A DNA stretch of 63,173 nucleotides, the filler included, from Chrysochromulina tobinii (Eukaryota), in NCBI GenBank assembly GCA_001275005.1. It is 9 parts of 9 records of this genome, joined end to end, with 100 filler letters (N's around TTAATTAATTAA, not from the genome) between each part and the next. Parts side by side here need not be neighbours in the genome. Positions count along the whole stretch, not along the records: positions 53,344 to 55,938 come from JWZX01000109.1; positions 56,039 to 60,050 come from JWZX01000110.1; positions 60,151 to 63,173 come from JWZX01000118.1; 6 more parts are not named here. One strand, given 5' to 3'. Of this stretch, positions 53,344 to 63,173 are shown piece by piece. The position numbers and the translations under genes were made by a program. The notes under the pieces were generated by a model. The model worked only from the letters and a program-made list of their open reading frames with translations, did not search any database and was not told where the DNA came from. Numbering within the stretch: position 1 is the stretch's first letter; every line of letters begins with the position of its first letter.

Positions 53344-55938
53344 CGAAAACATGGGTGAATCTTGCAGACGGAATGAATAGTGCCGGCCAGTCTGCCAAGC
53401 GGATGCAAGAAGCGCAGCTGTTTACCAATGACTGGCTCGATGCTCATGTGCCCGGCACGTGGCTGATGCGCAACAAAGAGGGCGAAGGCGCCGGGCTGTC
53501 AGGCGAACGCACGCGCGTCGCCCACTCGCTCCTCAACGTCTTCAGGGTGACTGAGGATGGACCCGTGCGCGCCCGTGCCGACCTGGACAAGTTCTGGTGC
53601 TGGACTGGCGAGGAGGGCAGCCGCGGACAGCTGGGCGCGGAGCCAGTCGCGCCAAGCTGCCTCATGCAGAACCAGCACCTGTATGCTGTAGCCATGTGGG
53701 CGCTCACTGCTCGCATCGACTACTGGAACATTCCGCTCACAGCTGCAAAGCAGCAGCTGACGGGATCTGACTTTGAAGGCGTGTGGAGGTTTCTGAATCG
53801 CTACAGTGGTGTCCGCTGGGGCTGGCAGTCTCCGGGGGCTTGGATCGGCTTCCGGGACGGCCTCGACACGCTCGACGCGGAGCGCTTCCCCGAGGCGGAG
53901 TTCGGCGCGCTACCCAAAGGCTGGCAAACGATGTCCTTGCGCACATCGCAGTCGCCTACGAGCCAAGCGTTGCTTGCGAATCGTCAACGTTCCATCTGCG
54001 ACTCCTACGCAACGAATGGCTGCCGCCTCGAGATCGACGAGGCCACCGACTCTGGAAAGCTGGCCCTAGCTTACGGCAACGGCACCAATGACGTGAACCC
54101 AGACGTTTGGCGGAGCGACTACGGCATGTTCCTGCAACGCCGGGACAACCCGGGAAGCGAGGGCTACTGGTGGCAGGGCCCCACAGACCAAATGTATGGC
54201 CGCTACTCGCGGGGCTTTGCGCACCCGCAATCGACTATCGAGATGGTGCTGGACCAGGGGCTGTGGGGTGGGCTGCCGCTGACCGCATCACGAGCTCACC
54301 TGACTCTGCGCCTCGTATTCCTCGACAACTCCGTCGGCCAGTTCTATGTTGGTTACGACGCGTTGGACGGCCCCCATGGATGGGTGGTCGACACCAAAGG
54401 CACGTCGCGCTGGCGGGAGGTCACCTTTGCTATCAACGATGGACGGTTCGCCGGCTTGGGCGGTGGCGGGCCTAACGGTGCCGACGTTTGGCTGCGCGAC
54501 ATGAGCGAATGCGAAAGCTGGACGGCTCGTGACTGCACACAGAAGCCAACGCTCTTCGACAGCCTCGAAGTGGTGGAGGTTGCGCATGATCAGATAGTCG
54601 TTGACCCCGAGCAGCTCGCTCACCAGAAAGCGGTGGCCGAGAAGGCGGCGGTGGCGAAGGCAGCAGCGGCGAAGGCGGCGGCGGCGAAAGCAGCAGCGGA
54701 GAAGGCGGCGGTCGAGCGAGAAGCGGCCGAGAAGGCTGCGGCAGAGGCTGCGGCGGCTGCGGCTGCGGCTGAGACTGCGGCAGAGAGGGCGGCGGCGGAG
54801 GAAGCAGCAGCGGAGAAAACGGCGGCCGAGCAGGCGGCGGCCGTCGAGCAGGCGTTCATGAAGAAGGCGGCTGAGCAGGCCGCGATTGAGGAGGCGGCGG
54901 CGAAGAAGGCGGCGGCGGAGGCGGAGAAGGCGGCGAGTCATCATGCAATTGATGCGATCCCCGCACCGCCAGCGCTTGCCTCCAGTGCTCCGTGCCACTG
55001 GGGGCACGACACATCGGACGTGAACGGCGAGGAGGTCCCATGCGTCCTGTGGGCTAGTCAGGGCGAGTGCAAACGCATTCCAGAGTTCATGCGCTCAACG
55101 TGCCCTGCGGCGTGCGGCTGCCCCGCGCCCGTTGTGAAGTCAAGCCCGATCTCGTCCAAGCCGAGATTGGCCTTCGACGGCTTGCCAGTGCCAATCGAGC
55201 CGGATGAGCCTATCCCTACCCCGAGAAAGGACTGGGACACGGCGGACCTTCATGCACCGAACATGGAAGAGAAGCCCATCCTGCCACGGCCAGAGTCGTT
55301 CCAGGCGACGACGCCGTCAGCGCCCAGTGGGCCTCGGCCAGTCCAGGCTTGCGCCGAGTGGGCGGCGGCAGGTGAATGCCAGGCCAATCCGGCCTACATG
55401 CGCGCACAGTGCCTCCTCGCGTGCTCAGCTTTAGCTGCCAAACCTACACCCGCGACTGCTTCGGCGCCCAGTGGGCCTCGGCCAGTCCAGGCTTGCGCCG
55501 AGTGGGCGGCGGCAGGTGAATGCCAGGCCAATCCGGACTACATGCGTACACAGTGCCTCCTCGCATGCCAGAAGGTGGACGGTATGGTGCCGGCAACGAT
55601 CGCCAAACCTGCACCGGCCGCGGCCGCGAGGCCTGCACCGGCAACGACTGCCAAACCTGCACCGATGCCGGCCGCGAGGCCTGCACCGGCAGCGGCAGCT
55701 AAACCTGCACCGATGGCGGCTGCCAAACCTGCACCGGCGACGGCTGCCAAGCCCGCACCGGTAGCCGCGACACCTGCACCGGCAGCGGCTGCCAAGCCCG
55801 CACCGGCGACGGCTGCCAAGCCCTTACCGGTACCGGTTGGGACGACGCCACCGCAGCCAGCGTTGGCAGAGCAAAAGCCGACTGTGCTATTTAAGAAGCG
55901 ACCAAGTGCCCTGGAGCCTGAGGGTGACAAAGCACTCG
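53344..55938 (+). CDS. Partial secreted-type protein: Trp-rich carbohydrate-active-like region, EAAA linker, three ShK-like domains and AKPAP repeats
   Basis: Three C..WA..GEC...P.(F/Y)MR..C...C motifs. Beta-sandwich-like segment LRLVFLD...VGYD...GTSRWREVTFAIND. Open at both contig ends. Confidence 0.7.
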
Positions 55939-56038
55939 NNNNNNNNNNNNNNNNNNNNNNNNNNNNNNNNNNNNNNNNNNNNTTAATTAATTAANNNNNN
56001 NNNNNNNNNNNNNNNNNNNNNNNNNNNNNNNNNNNNNN

Positions 56039-56349
56039 CCTCCTCCTCCTCCTCCTCCTCCTCCTCCTCCTCCTCCTCCTCCTCTGCTGCCTTATCCTGG
56101 GCCGCATCGGCACGCATCGACACGCATGGTCACATGCCGAAGGATAGTGACAGGCTCCTGGGAGTGTGCACATACCTTCAGGACCTCGTCAATCATCGTT
56201 GAGATATCTTGCTTGTACTGCTTAAGTGCGTTACTCTCCATGCCAAGACTCTGCTCGAGCCGCTCCCGCACGCCCTTAGCGGTGAGATTGTCGGCGCCCA
56301 CCTCAGTGATGATCTTTGCCACCTGCTTCTTGTTGAATGGGAGACTCAT
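56039..56349 (-). CDS. DEK-C-like domain protein with a poly-Glu tract, 3' truncated; intron 56097-56175
   Basis: II..V...NLTAKGVRERLEQSLG.....L..YK..I...IDE. A GTATGT...CAG intron leads into (GAG)n. Confidence 0.7.
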
Positions 56350-56498
56350 CTTGGAATCGCCCCGGACGTGGAGGTCCTCGCGTGACGAAGAAGAGCGCAA
56401 GTGCCGGACCTGGTTTGCTTTTCACAGAACCTTTGAAGAGGAACAGCTTACAAATGTACTACACAACCCCCCCGCTCTATCCTGCTTTGCCAGAGCAC

Positions 56499-57493
56499 AT
56501 GTCCTTCTACGCGCGACAAATACCATTCATGCTCGTCGCCGCGGGCGCCCTGCTGTTCGCTAGCAGTACGATGCCCGCGCTTGCTCCCTCGTTCACTACC
56601 GCTATGGCACGCGTGCCAACAAGCAGCACGCGGCTCAACGAGTTGGAGACGGCGGTTGCAAGCTTGGACGCTCAAGTTCGACAGCTGCTCGGCAGCCTGC
56701 CACCGACGACGCCGAACAGTGGGACGGCGCTCAAATCGGCGCCGGCTGCAGCGCCTGTGCAAGCAGCCACTGCCTCCGCCACTCCTAAGGCCATGACGTC
56801 GCTTGAGCGCGCAGTGGCGGCGGCGGCGGTGCCGACGAACAGTTCGACCACCTCGCTGCCCGCCGCGCCTGTCGATGTCGTGCCGTGGACCACGCTTGCA
56901 AATGCTTCTTGCAACGCCAAGCTGCACGCGGGCTACGGCGGCGGTGCCTTCACATGGGGTATGACTTTCAAGGTCTCGTCCGCACAGGAGTGCTGCGACG
57001 CGTGCACGGCGCATGCACGTACGTGCGTGGATCAGATCTCCGTGGGACAGCCCTATTACGAGCGTCGCTGGCAGGGCAACACGACCGTCGAGCGCTGCCC
57101 CTCGCACATGAGCAGTAACGAAGAGGGTACCCACAAGGCCGCTCCGTGCAACATCTGGGTCTTTTGCCCGACGCTCTTGGAAGACGGCGGCCTGTGCTGG
57201 AGCAACGACGTGTGGAATCACTCGTATGGAGAGGTGCGCGCCGCTTCGAATCCTCGCCTGCGCTCGTCCTTGCGCCTGGGTGTGCTGAGTTCGCCTCGCC
57301 CTCCGCCTGCGGCGTGCAGTGTTGGCTCAAGAACCAGCCGAAGCCAGAGCGGCCTTGGGCCGGTGCGTATGGCCCATATCCTGCAGGCTATCGGACGAAA
57401 CACAAAACCACCCCGCCGTCGGTTCAGTGGATGTCGGGCAGCTTGACGAGCGCGGCGGTGGTCGAGGTCGACGGCCCGCATTGGCATTGGTGA
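56499..57493 (+). CDS. Secreted or anchored protein with a PAN/Apple-like Cys-rich domain; intron 57234-57319
   Basis: Hydrophobic N-terminus and SAQECCDAC...CNIWVFC...GE/CWLK...WMSG once spliced. Confidence 0.7.
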
Positions 57494-57677
57494 TTTCTGC
57501 TTCGTGCGTGTGGACTCGATTCCGCCGTTTCTTGATATCTTGAAGTCATCATTGACATTGTGAGTTAATAACAGTGTGTTTCGTCAAACAGGTTTTAGCG
57601 TCTCAGTGTGTGTTTGATCGTTTAGACTAGATGTAGGAGGCCGGATGCACAGTACAAAACTGTGCCTCGTGATTGAA

Positions 57678-58322
57678 ATGACTGGGTTCCTTAGTGGTTT
57701 CGGCGAGAAAGTCGAGCGCGTCCTCAGAAAAATTTCAATGGCGATGTCGAATTCCCCGTCCGCGCCGTTGCCGATCAACCTCTCTCAAGCCAACCGCAAG
57801 CCCAAGGGCGGGCTCGCCCGCATGAAGCAGGACGCTCTCCTGAGCGAACGCAGCAAGTCGCACACGCGGGCGCTCGCGGCTGCTGAGCAGCACCAACTTG
57901 CCCACGAGGCTGTCCTGGCGGCTGCCAATGCCGAGGCCGCGGCGATCACAGCGTGGACGCACCGAGACCGCGATGTGGCGTTCGCCGAGCCGACTGCTGA
58001 TGACATTATCTTCGTGGAGAAGCACACCGCCGATGAGGAGTCCGCGGCGCCAGAACAGCAGCAGCAGGAGCAGCCCAAGAAGGCTGAGGCACCAGCAGCA
58101 GGAGCAGCGCTCGAGCTTGATGTGCTGAAGTGCGATGAGCCCACCGAGGTGCCCATCGAGGCTCCGCTCACGGGTCGGCAGATGCGCCTGCTGGAGGCTC
58201 TGCAGGTGCGCCGCCGGCCGCTATTGTGTCCTCGCGCCGCATGGGCTGCCGGTCTCTCCTCTAACCCGACCCCCATCTGACCCTTGGAACCTCGATGCCA
58301 CACCCCTGTGCAGGCTGAGTGA
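57678..58322 (+). CDS. Uncharacterised protein; probable intron 58206-58313
   Basis: Coding-like codon usage. A GTGCGC donor and CAG acceptor are followed by GCT GAG TGA. Confidence 0.5.
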
Positions 58323-58822
58323 ATTGACGCCTGCTTTCAGATGAGTTACGTGTATGTGAAAGTCGAGACTCACGCACGTCCGGCCGCGCGCAGCAAGCGC
58401 GCCGCGGCCGCGGTAGCGACGCTCGGGACACATTGGTTTCCGAGGGATATTTTCAGCACCGGTCTCGACAACAGCTCATGATCCGAGATGATGGTAAGTA
58501 AGTTGCAACATTCAGTCAGTCTACAGTCAGTAATTGTTTTGCGGCCGCACACACTCGTCACTCCGATTCGGGAGACGGGGGTTGGGACGGGCTTCGGCAC
58601 TCCTCTCTCCAATTGCCTCTCTCCTCGTCTCCTGGCGTCAAATACGCGCCTGGCGCGTGGCGGCAAGTACGACGATCAGTACGGGTTGTGTGACATTACA
58701 GGGGGGAAAATGTAATTTCAAGCTTCGGACTCTCGGAATCCTACACATCTTGGCCTTGGGGGCCTTGGGGCCAGGATTCATGGAATTTGGAATCTGAGCC
58801 AAGGTAAAGGTATAGCGAGTTT

Positions 58823-59281
58823 GCAAATAAGCGCTGGGGGCCGGAAGTGGAATCGGGAATTTCGGAATCCTGGGTTTGCAAGGAGCGTTGGGGGGCGGAA
58901 GTGTAATCGGGAATTTCGGAATCCTGGGTTTGCAAGGAGCTCTGGGGGCCGGAAGTGTAATCGGGAATTTCGGAATCCTGGGTTTGCAAGGAGCGCTGGG
59001 GGCCGGAAGTGGAATTGGGAATTTCGGAATCCTGGGTTTGCAAGGAGCGCTGTGGGCCAGAAGTGGAATCGGGAATTTCGGAATCCTGGGTTTGCAAGGA
59101 GCGCTGGGGGCCGGAAGTGGAAACGGGAATTTCGGAATCCTGGGTTTGCAAGGAGCGCTGGGGGGCGGAAGTGGAATCGGGAATTTCGGAATCCTGGGTT
59201 TGCAAGTAATGCAAGGAGCTCTGGGGGCCGGAAGTGGAATCGGGAATTTCGGAATCCTGGGTTTGCAGGGAGCGCTGGGGC
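58823..59281 (+). repeat. 54-bp tandem minisatellite, eight full copies plus a partial one (left arm of a foldback structure)
   Basis: Unit GCAAGGAGCGCTGGGGGCCGGAAGTGGAATCGGGAATTTCGGAATCCTGGGTTT starts at 58823, 58878, 58932, 58986, 59040, 59094, 59148 and 59211. Confidence 0.95.
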
Positions 59282-59579
59282 CAAGGGGGGGCTGGGACGT
59301 GCAAGGTTGCCCCCCCCCTCCCCCCCCAAAGCGCTGCGCGCCGCGCCGCGCTCCGCGCGCACCCAGCAAACCGCCGCGTAACGCCGCTCCACCTGTGGTC
59401 ACAGGGTCCATGTGCACCTTGCATACTTAATTTAGGCGCTCGCCTCGTCTTCCGCGTGACGCCGCACGCTACCTGTCACCTGTGGTTGGGCTCACGCCTA
59501 ACTCGTGGTTAGGCTCCCGCCTAACTCGTGGTTCCGTACGTTTTTACTAACCATTATAATAAAAAAAAAACTTAACCCC

Positions 59580-59756
59580 GCTCCTTGCAAACCCAGGATT
59601 CCGAAATTCCCGATTCCTCTTCCGGCCCCCAGCGCTCCTTGCAAACCCAGGATTCCGAAATTCCCGATTCCACTTCCGGCCCCCAGCGCTCCTTGCAAAC
59701 CCAGGATTCCAAAATTCCCAATTCCACTTCCGGCCCCCAGCGCTCCTTGCAAACCC
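59580..59756 (-). repeat. Same 54-bp unit in inverted orientation, about three copies (right arm)
   Basis: GCTCCTTGCAAACCCAGGATTCCGAAATTCCCGATTCC.CTTCCGGCCCCCAGC is the reverse complement of the left-arm unit. Confidence 0.95.
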
Positions 59757-60458
59757 CACCGCACGCATCCTGCTCACGTTTTCTCACGACCACGCACCAT
59801 CCATACTCACCGTCTCACAGAAAACTCACAGACGTGCGCCAGACGATGCGTCGGTCGTAATGTAGGCGGAATCCATGCTCACTTGTCTGTTTCATGCAGG
59901 CACGTGGCCGATCGCTGCAGATCGCTGTGGCTAGGTCAGATCTGGTCAGATCTTTCTTGCGAATGCGCTGTGCCCCGTCCTCATCCGTCCCCACAGTTTC
60001 TCAAAGGTCCTCAGGAAGCCCTTCGCGGGCAGCTCGGACGCCGCCGCGCGNNNNNNNNNNNNNNNNNNNNNNNNNNNNNNNNNNNNNNNNNNNNTTAATT
60101 AATTAANNNNNNNNNNNNNNNNNNNNNNNNNNNNNNNNNNNNNNNNNNNNAGGATGGCATTTGTTGAGTTCGGTATAGCATGTCCCGCCGCCTTAGCTAG
60201 AGACCGGTTTGGTTTCTTTCTAACAAGCCTCTTACCCCATTTCCCAACCCATCCTGGCACACACCCTCCCCGCTTCAACCACCCACCGTCTCCCGAGGGC
60301 TACAACTCTAATCGAGAAAGATTGGACCGGATCTGCGATCTGAGGGCTGGGCTGACTCTGACGTCTGAGCGCGGGCCGCGGTGGTGTACTACATGTACCC
60401 GTACATGTACGGGTCAGGGGGGGTTTGTTATCGAGTTTGGGGGGGGTTGTTATCATTA

Positions 60459-60730
60459 TACGTATCCTGATGTATCATGATGTATCCTGCGTGTATCTTG
60501 AAGGATACATGTATCCCTAATGTATCCTGATGTATCTTAAATGTATCTTGAATGCCCTGTTACATTCCAAGAGAATACATGTATCTTGATTTTTTGCATG
60601 TATTTTACACGTATCCCAAACGAGTCCAAGATACATTTTGGGATACATATCAGATACATCAGGATATATAGGATATATACAGGATATATGTATCTTGCAC
60701 GTGGGATACATGCGGGATACATGCGGGATA
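60459..60730. repeat. GTATC/GATAC-rich, loosely palindromic repeat
   Basis: TGTATC units dominate the left half and GATACA units the right half. The motif is related to the elements at 2498 and 3431. Confidence 0.6.
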
Positions 60731-62058
60731 GAAAAGTTTGCTTTTGGTGACCGGACCATACCTATACACGCACGAACCCGAGGGTTCAGCGTACCTCCCC
60801 AAGTGATGGGCATGTACTACGGTACAGAACAGTCTGCAGTGGTGCACACCTAACTAGACCCCCCTTAGAGAGAACCCACACCTCGAACCCCGCTTTTCCG
60901 ACGGGGGGTGGGTTGGGAGGTTTCGTTTTCTTTGCTGTGTGGCGGTGTTGGACGTCGCGGCCGCCCCCGTAGAGGGGGGTGGTCCCACTCTCCCCCTGTG
61001 GGGGAGGGTGGTGACGTTACGCGAGGTTATTGGTTGTTTGCTTTGTTTTGCTTTGTTTTGTTTTGTTTTGAGAGTTGCGAGCCTGATTATAGTCAAGGCG
61101 ACTCTCTGAGGGGGTATTGATGGACTATCAAATCAAATTAAAGGTGGCAAGGTAGGTGTCAATCAGAATTCCTCAAAATTCATCAAGGAAAAGACTTCGC
61201 GAAGTTTTTGTCGATTCACGAAGACGTCGTCGGCTCGAGAACAGGCTACCTGGGCTGAGCTCGGGCGTGCGCTGGCTGAGGCTGCTGAGGTGACAAGCGG
61301 AGTGGCGAGTGTCATAGGGAATCTGCTGGCTTTCGGGCAGGCGCTTCGCGCATAGTCAGCGATTGTTAGTGGCAAGTCAAGGTGGCCGTGCGAGGCTCTG
61401 GATTCGTTTGTTGTTCGTGATTTGTCGTGCGCGCGCAGCGTGGGGAAGCCTCCATGCTGCGTTTTCAAGAGGGTGCTCGAGAGAATCTTTGAAGGAGATG
61501 CTCGTCTGTCTGGTCATTCGTGATGGTGACCGCCATTCTGCGAGAGTCGGGTTGTAGAAGGGGTGGACTCGCGGTGATCTGAGAAAGGTCTCTAGGACCA
61601 TAAAAAACCCAAAAAGGGCTTGCTTTCCTTTACGGAACTAACAACCCGGCCCCAGGGCGTAGCGGGACGTGGCGCTGGCGGGAGCGGGGAGGTGGCACCT
61701 GAGGAGGGGAGGATTCCCGCCCCGCCCGGGGGCCGGCGGGCGGGGACGCGAGTCGACACGAAGTGAGTGTAGAGAGTCAAGACATGATGCTTGATGGTCA
61801 ACGGACGGAGGACTCCAGCGCGTCATGCAGCGCGTCCAGGAGCAGGACACACGCGGCCGGGGACGACGAGGGTCGAGGGTCCGTCCTCCACAATCATGCC
61901 GTTCCCCGATGGTCGAGTCCTCGTAAGTCCGTCCGAGCTCCGACGCCGTCAGCCGCGGGCGAGCTGCCATCGTCGATTCTTCGTACTCAATCTATCCAAC
62001 ATCTGAGTCCGTACGCAACGAAAACATGGTTCAGCGTGCTCTAACGTAATCATACATA

Positions 62059-62820
62059 CTACGGTTTGTTCTCCCGCTCCTTTGCAGCAGCGGCTCCGCG
62101 TGCGGCGGCTTCGGCGGCCTTAATGGCGTCAGCACTGTGGGGGTCTTCGCCCTTCGCCTTTTTGGATGAGCGCGACCACCGCGATTTCGTCGCATGCTTG
62201 GTTGCCTTGGAGCTAGCCTTGGCAGCGGACTTTTCAGCCGCCGCCGCGATCGCCGCTGCTGCTGCGGCCGCGATACAGCTATCGTAGCACCAGTCGAGAA
62301 GTTGCGGCAGCCCATCGCCCGTGAGTGCGCTTGCACAGAGCACTGTTAGCCGGCCGTTCGTCGCCGCCTCAAGCGTAGGAAGCCTAAGCAGCTGTCGCAC
62401 GGAAGCTTCAGGCGGGGCGCCAACCACGTCCCGCTTGTTCAGCACGAGCATCACACGCTTGCCCATAGCCGTCGGCGTGCTCAGCACTTCCGCGAGCTCG
62501 ACGGCTGCACTGACCGCAGCGTGCGGCGTCGAGCTGTCAGCGACGACGATGATCGATGCGCAAACATCAAAGTAGCGGTTCCACATCGGTTGCATCGTGC
62601 CTCCGATCTCGCGGATCGCGATCAAACGCGAGCGGTGTGGCACCTCAATCAACTCGACGCCGATCGACGCTTGAGTTTCACTTTGCAGCAGTGCGTCGGC
62701 CTTGCCCTTGGTAATCTTTTCGAGGTGCTTGCACAGTAGCGTCTTGCCTGCGCCCTCGCATCCGATGAGCAGCACCTCGCCCACGCTCAACGCCTTCTCC
62801 TTCGCTGACTTCCTGTACAT
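62059..62820 (-). CDS. ARL16: ADP-ribosylation factor-like GTPase, ARL16-like
   Basis: GCEGAGKT P-loop, atypical G3 IREIGGTMQPMWNRYF typical of ARL16, NKRD and SALTG. Confidence 0.8.
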   Translation of the reverse strand: MYRKSAKEKALSVGEVLLIGCEGAGKTLLCKHLEKITKGKADALLQSETQASIGVELIEVPHRSRLIAIREIGGTMQPMWNRYFDVCASIIVVADSSTPHAAVSAAVELAEVLSTPTAMGKRVMLVLNKRDVVGAPPEASVRQLLRLPTLEAATNGRLTVLCASALTGDGLPQLLDWCYDSCIAAAAAAAIAAAAEKSAAKASSKATKHATKSRWSRSSKKAKGEDPHSADAIKAAEAAARGAAAAKERENKP

Positions 62821-63114
62821 GACGGTTTGACGCCGCGGCGAGTGGAAGCAACAAGTACAGACAAGGCAAGACAAGTCAAGTCAAGACTAGAAGTCCGAAT
62901 TCCTTCCATTCAACTCTTGTCTCTTGTACCATGGAAGTCGAAGGTTTCCTAGCAAGCATGATGCCATAGAACCATAGAAGCGTGACACTTGCCGGCCATT
63001 CCAGTATGTAGTCATGTACTATCGGGGCGGCCGCACCTCACGAGCTCACGTGCAATGGCCGGGCGGGCCCCCCGGCCGGACGTGGCGAGACATCCCGAGT
63101 GAGAGGGTCCCGCC

Positions 63115-63173
63115 CTGGACCCTCTAGACCCCTTTTCTGGACCCTCTGGACCCCTGGACCCCTGGACCCTCTG
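63115..63173. repeat. Short CTGGACCC-type tandem repeat at the window end
   Basis: About six imperfect CTGGACCC units. Confidence 0.7.

Noticed and set aside
58823..59756. CRISPR-like array or repeat proteins (PCKPRIPKF, GNFGILGLQG ORFs)
   Set aside because: Units are contiguous with no unique spacers and there are no cas genes. The ORFs arise because the 54-bp unit lacks stops in several frames.
61163..62044. Possible retroelement or gene remnants
   Set aside because: Only short ORFs, with no reverse transcriptase, integrase or transposase motif recognised.
63115..63173. Possible telomeric repeat
   Set aside because: The CTGGACCC unit is imperfect and does not match TTAGGG-type telomeres. 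The window end is arbitrary.
1..63173. tRNA or rRNA genes and prokaryotic operons or defence systems
   Set aside because: None recognised. The spliceosomal introns and gene content are eukaryotic.

Overview
GC-rich eukaryotic genomic DNA, most likely from a haptophyte-type alga (inferred from SPPP-rich proteins, short GT-AG introns with GTGCGC-like donors, a selenoprotein and a flagellar dynein). The window is not continuous. It is nine contigs joined by artificial N...TTAATTAATTAA...N linkers (about 1-2396, 2497-8179, 8280-23927, 24028-31684, 31785-51112, 51213-53243, 53344-55938, 56039-60050, 60151-63173), so adjacency across linkers means nothing. Most contigs carry ordinary nuclear genes: DHCR24, a PPR protein, acid ceramidase/NAAA, adrenodoxin reductase, calpain, VPS45, an axonemal dynein heavy chain and ARL16. 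The main exception is 24028-~31300, a dense, intronless, co-oriented cluster that looks like the structural module of a small DNA virus (Polinton-like virus or small Nucleocytoviricota relative), probably integrated and decaying. It has a TTCTAAG/TTCTAG motif upstream of most start codons and what appears to be a penton (minor capsid) split into two mini-genes around a third gene. Other points of interest are a UGA-recoded GILT-like selenoprotein with a SECIS element (missed by the ORF track), an adenylate kinase-Nudix fusion, a temptin-multicopper oxidase fusion, a repeated hairpin element with covarying stems, and a foldback structure built from 54-bp repeats. All family assignments come from reading motifs by eye; no database search was run.
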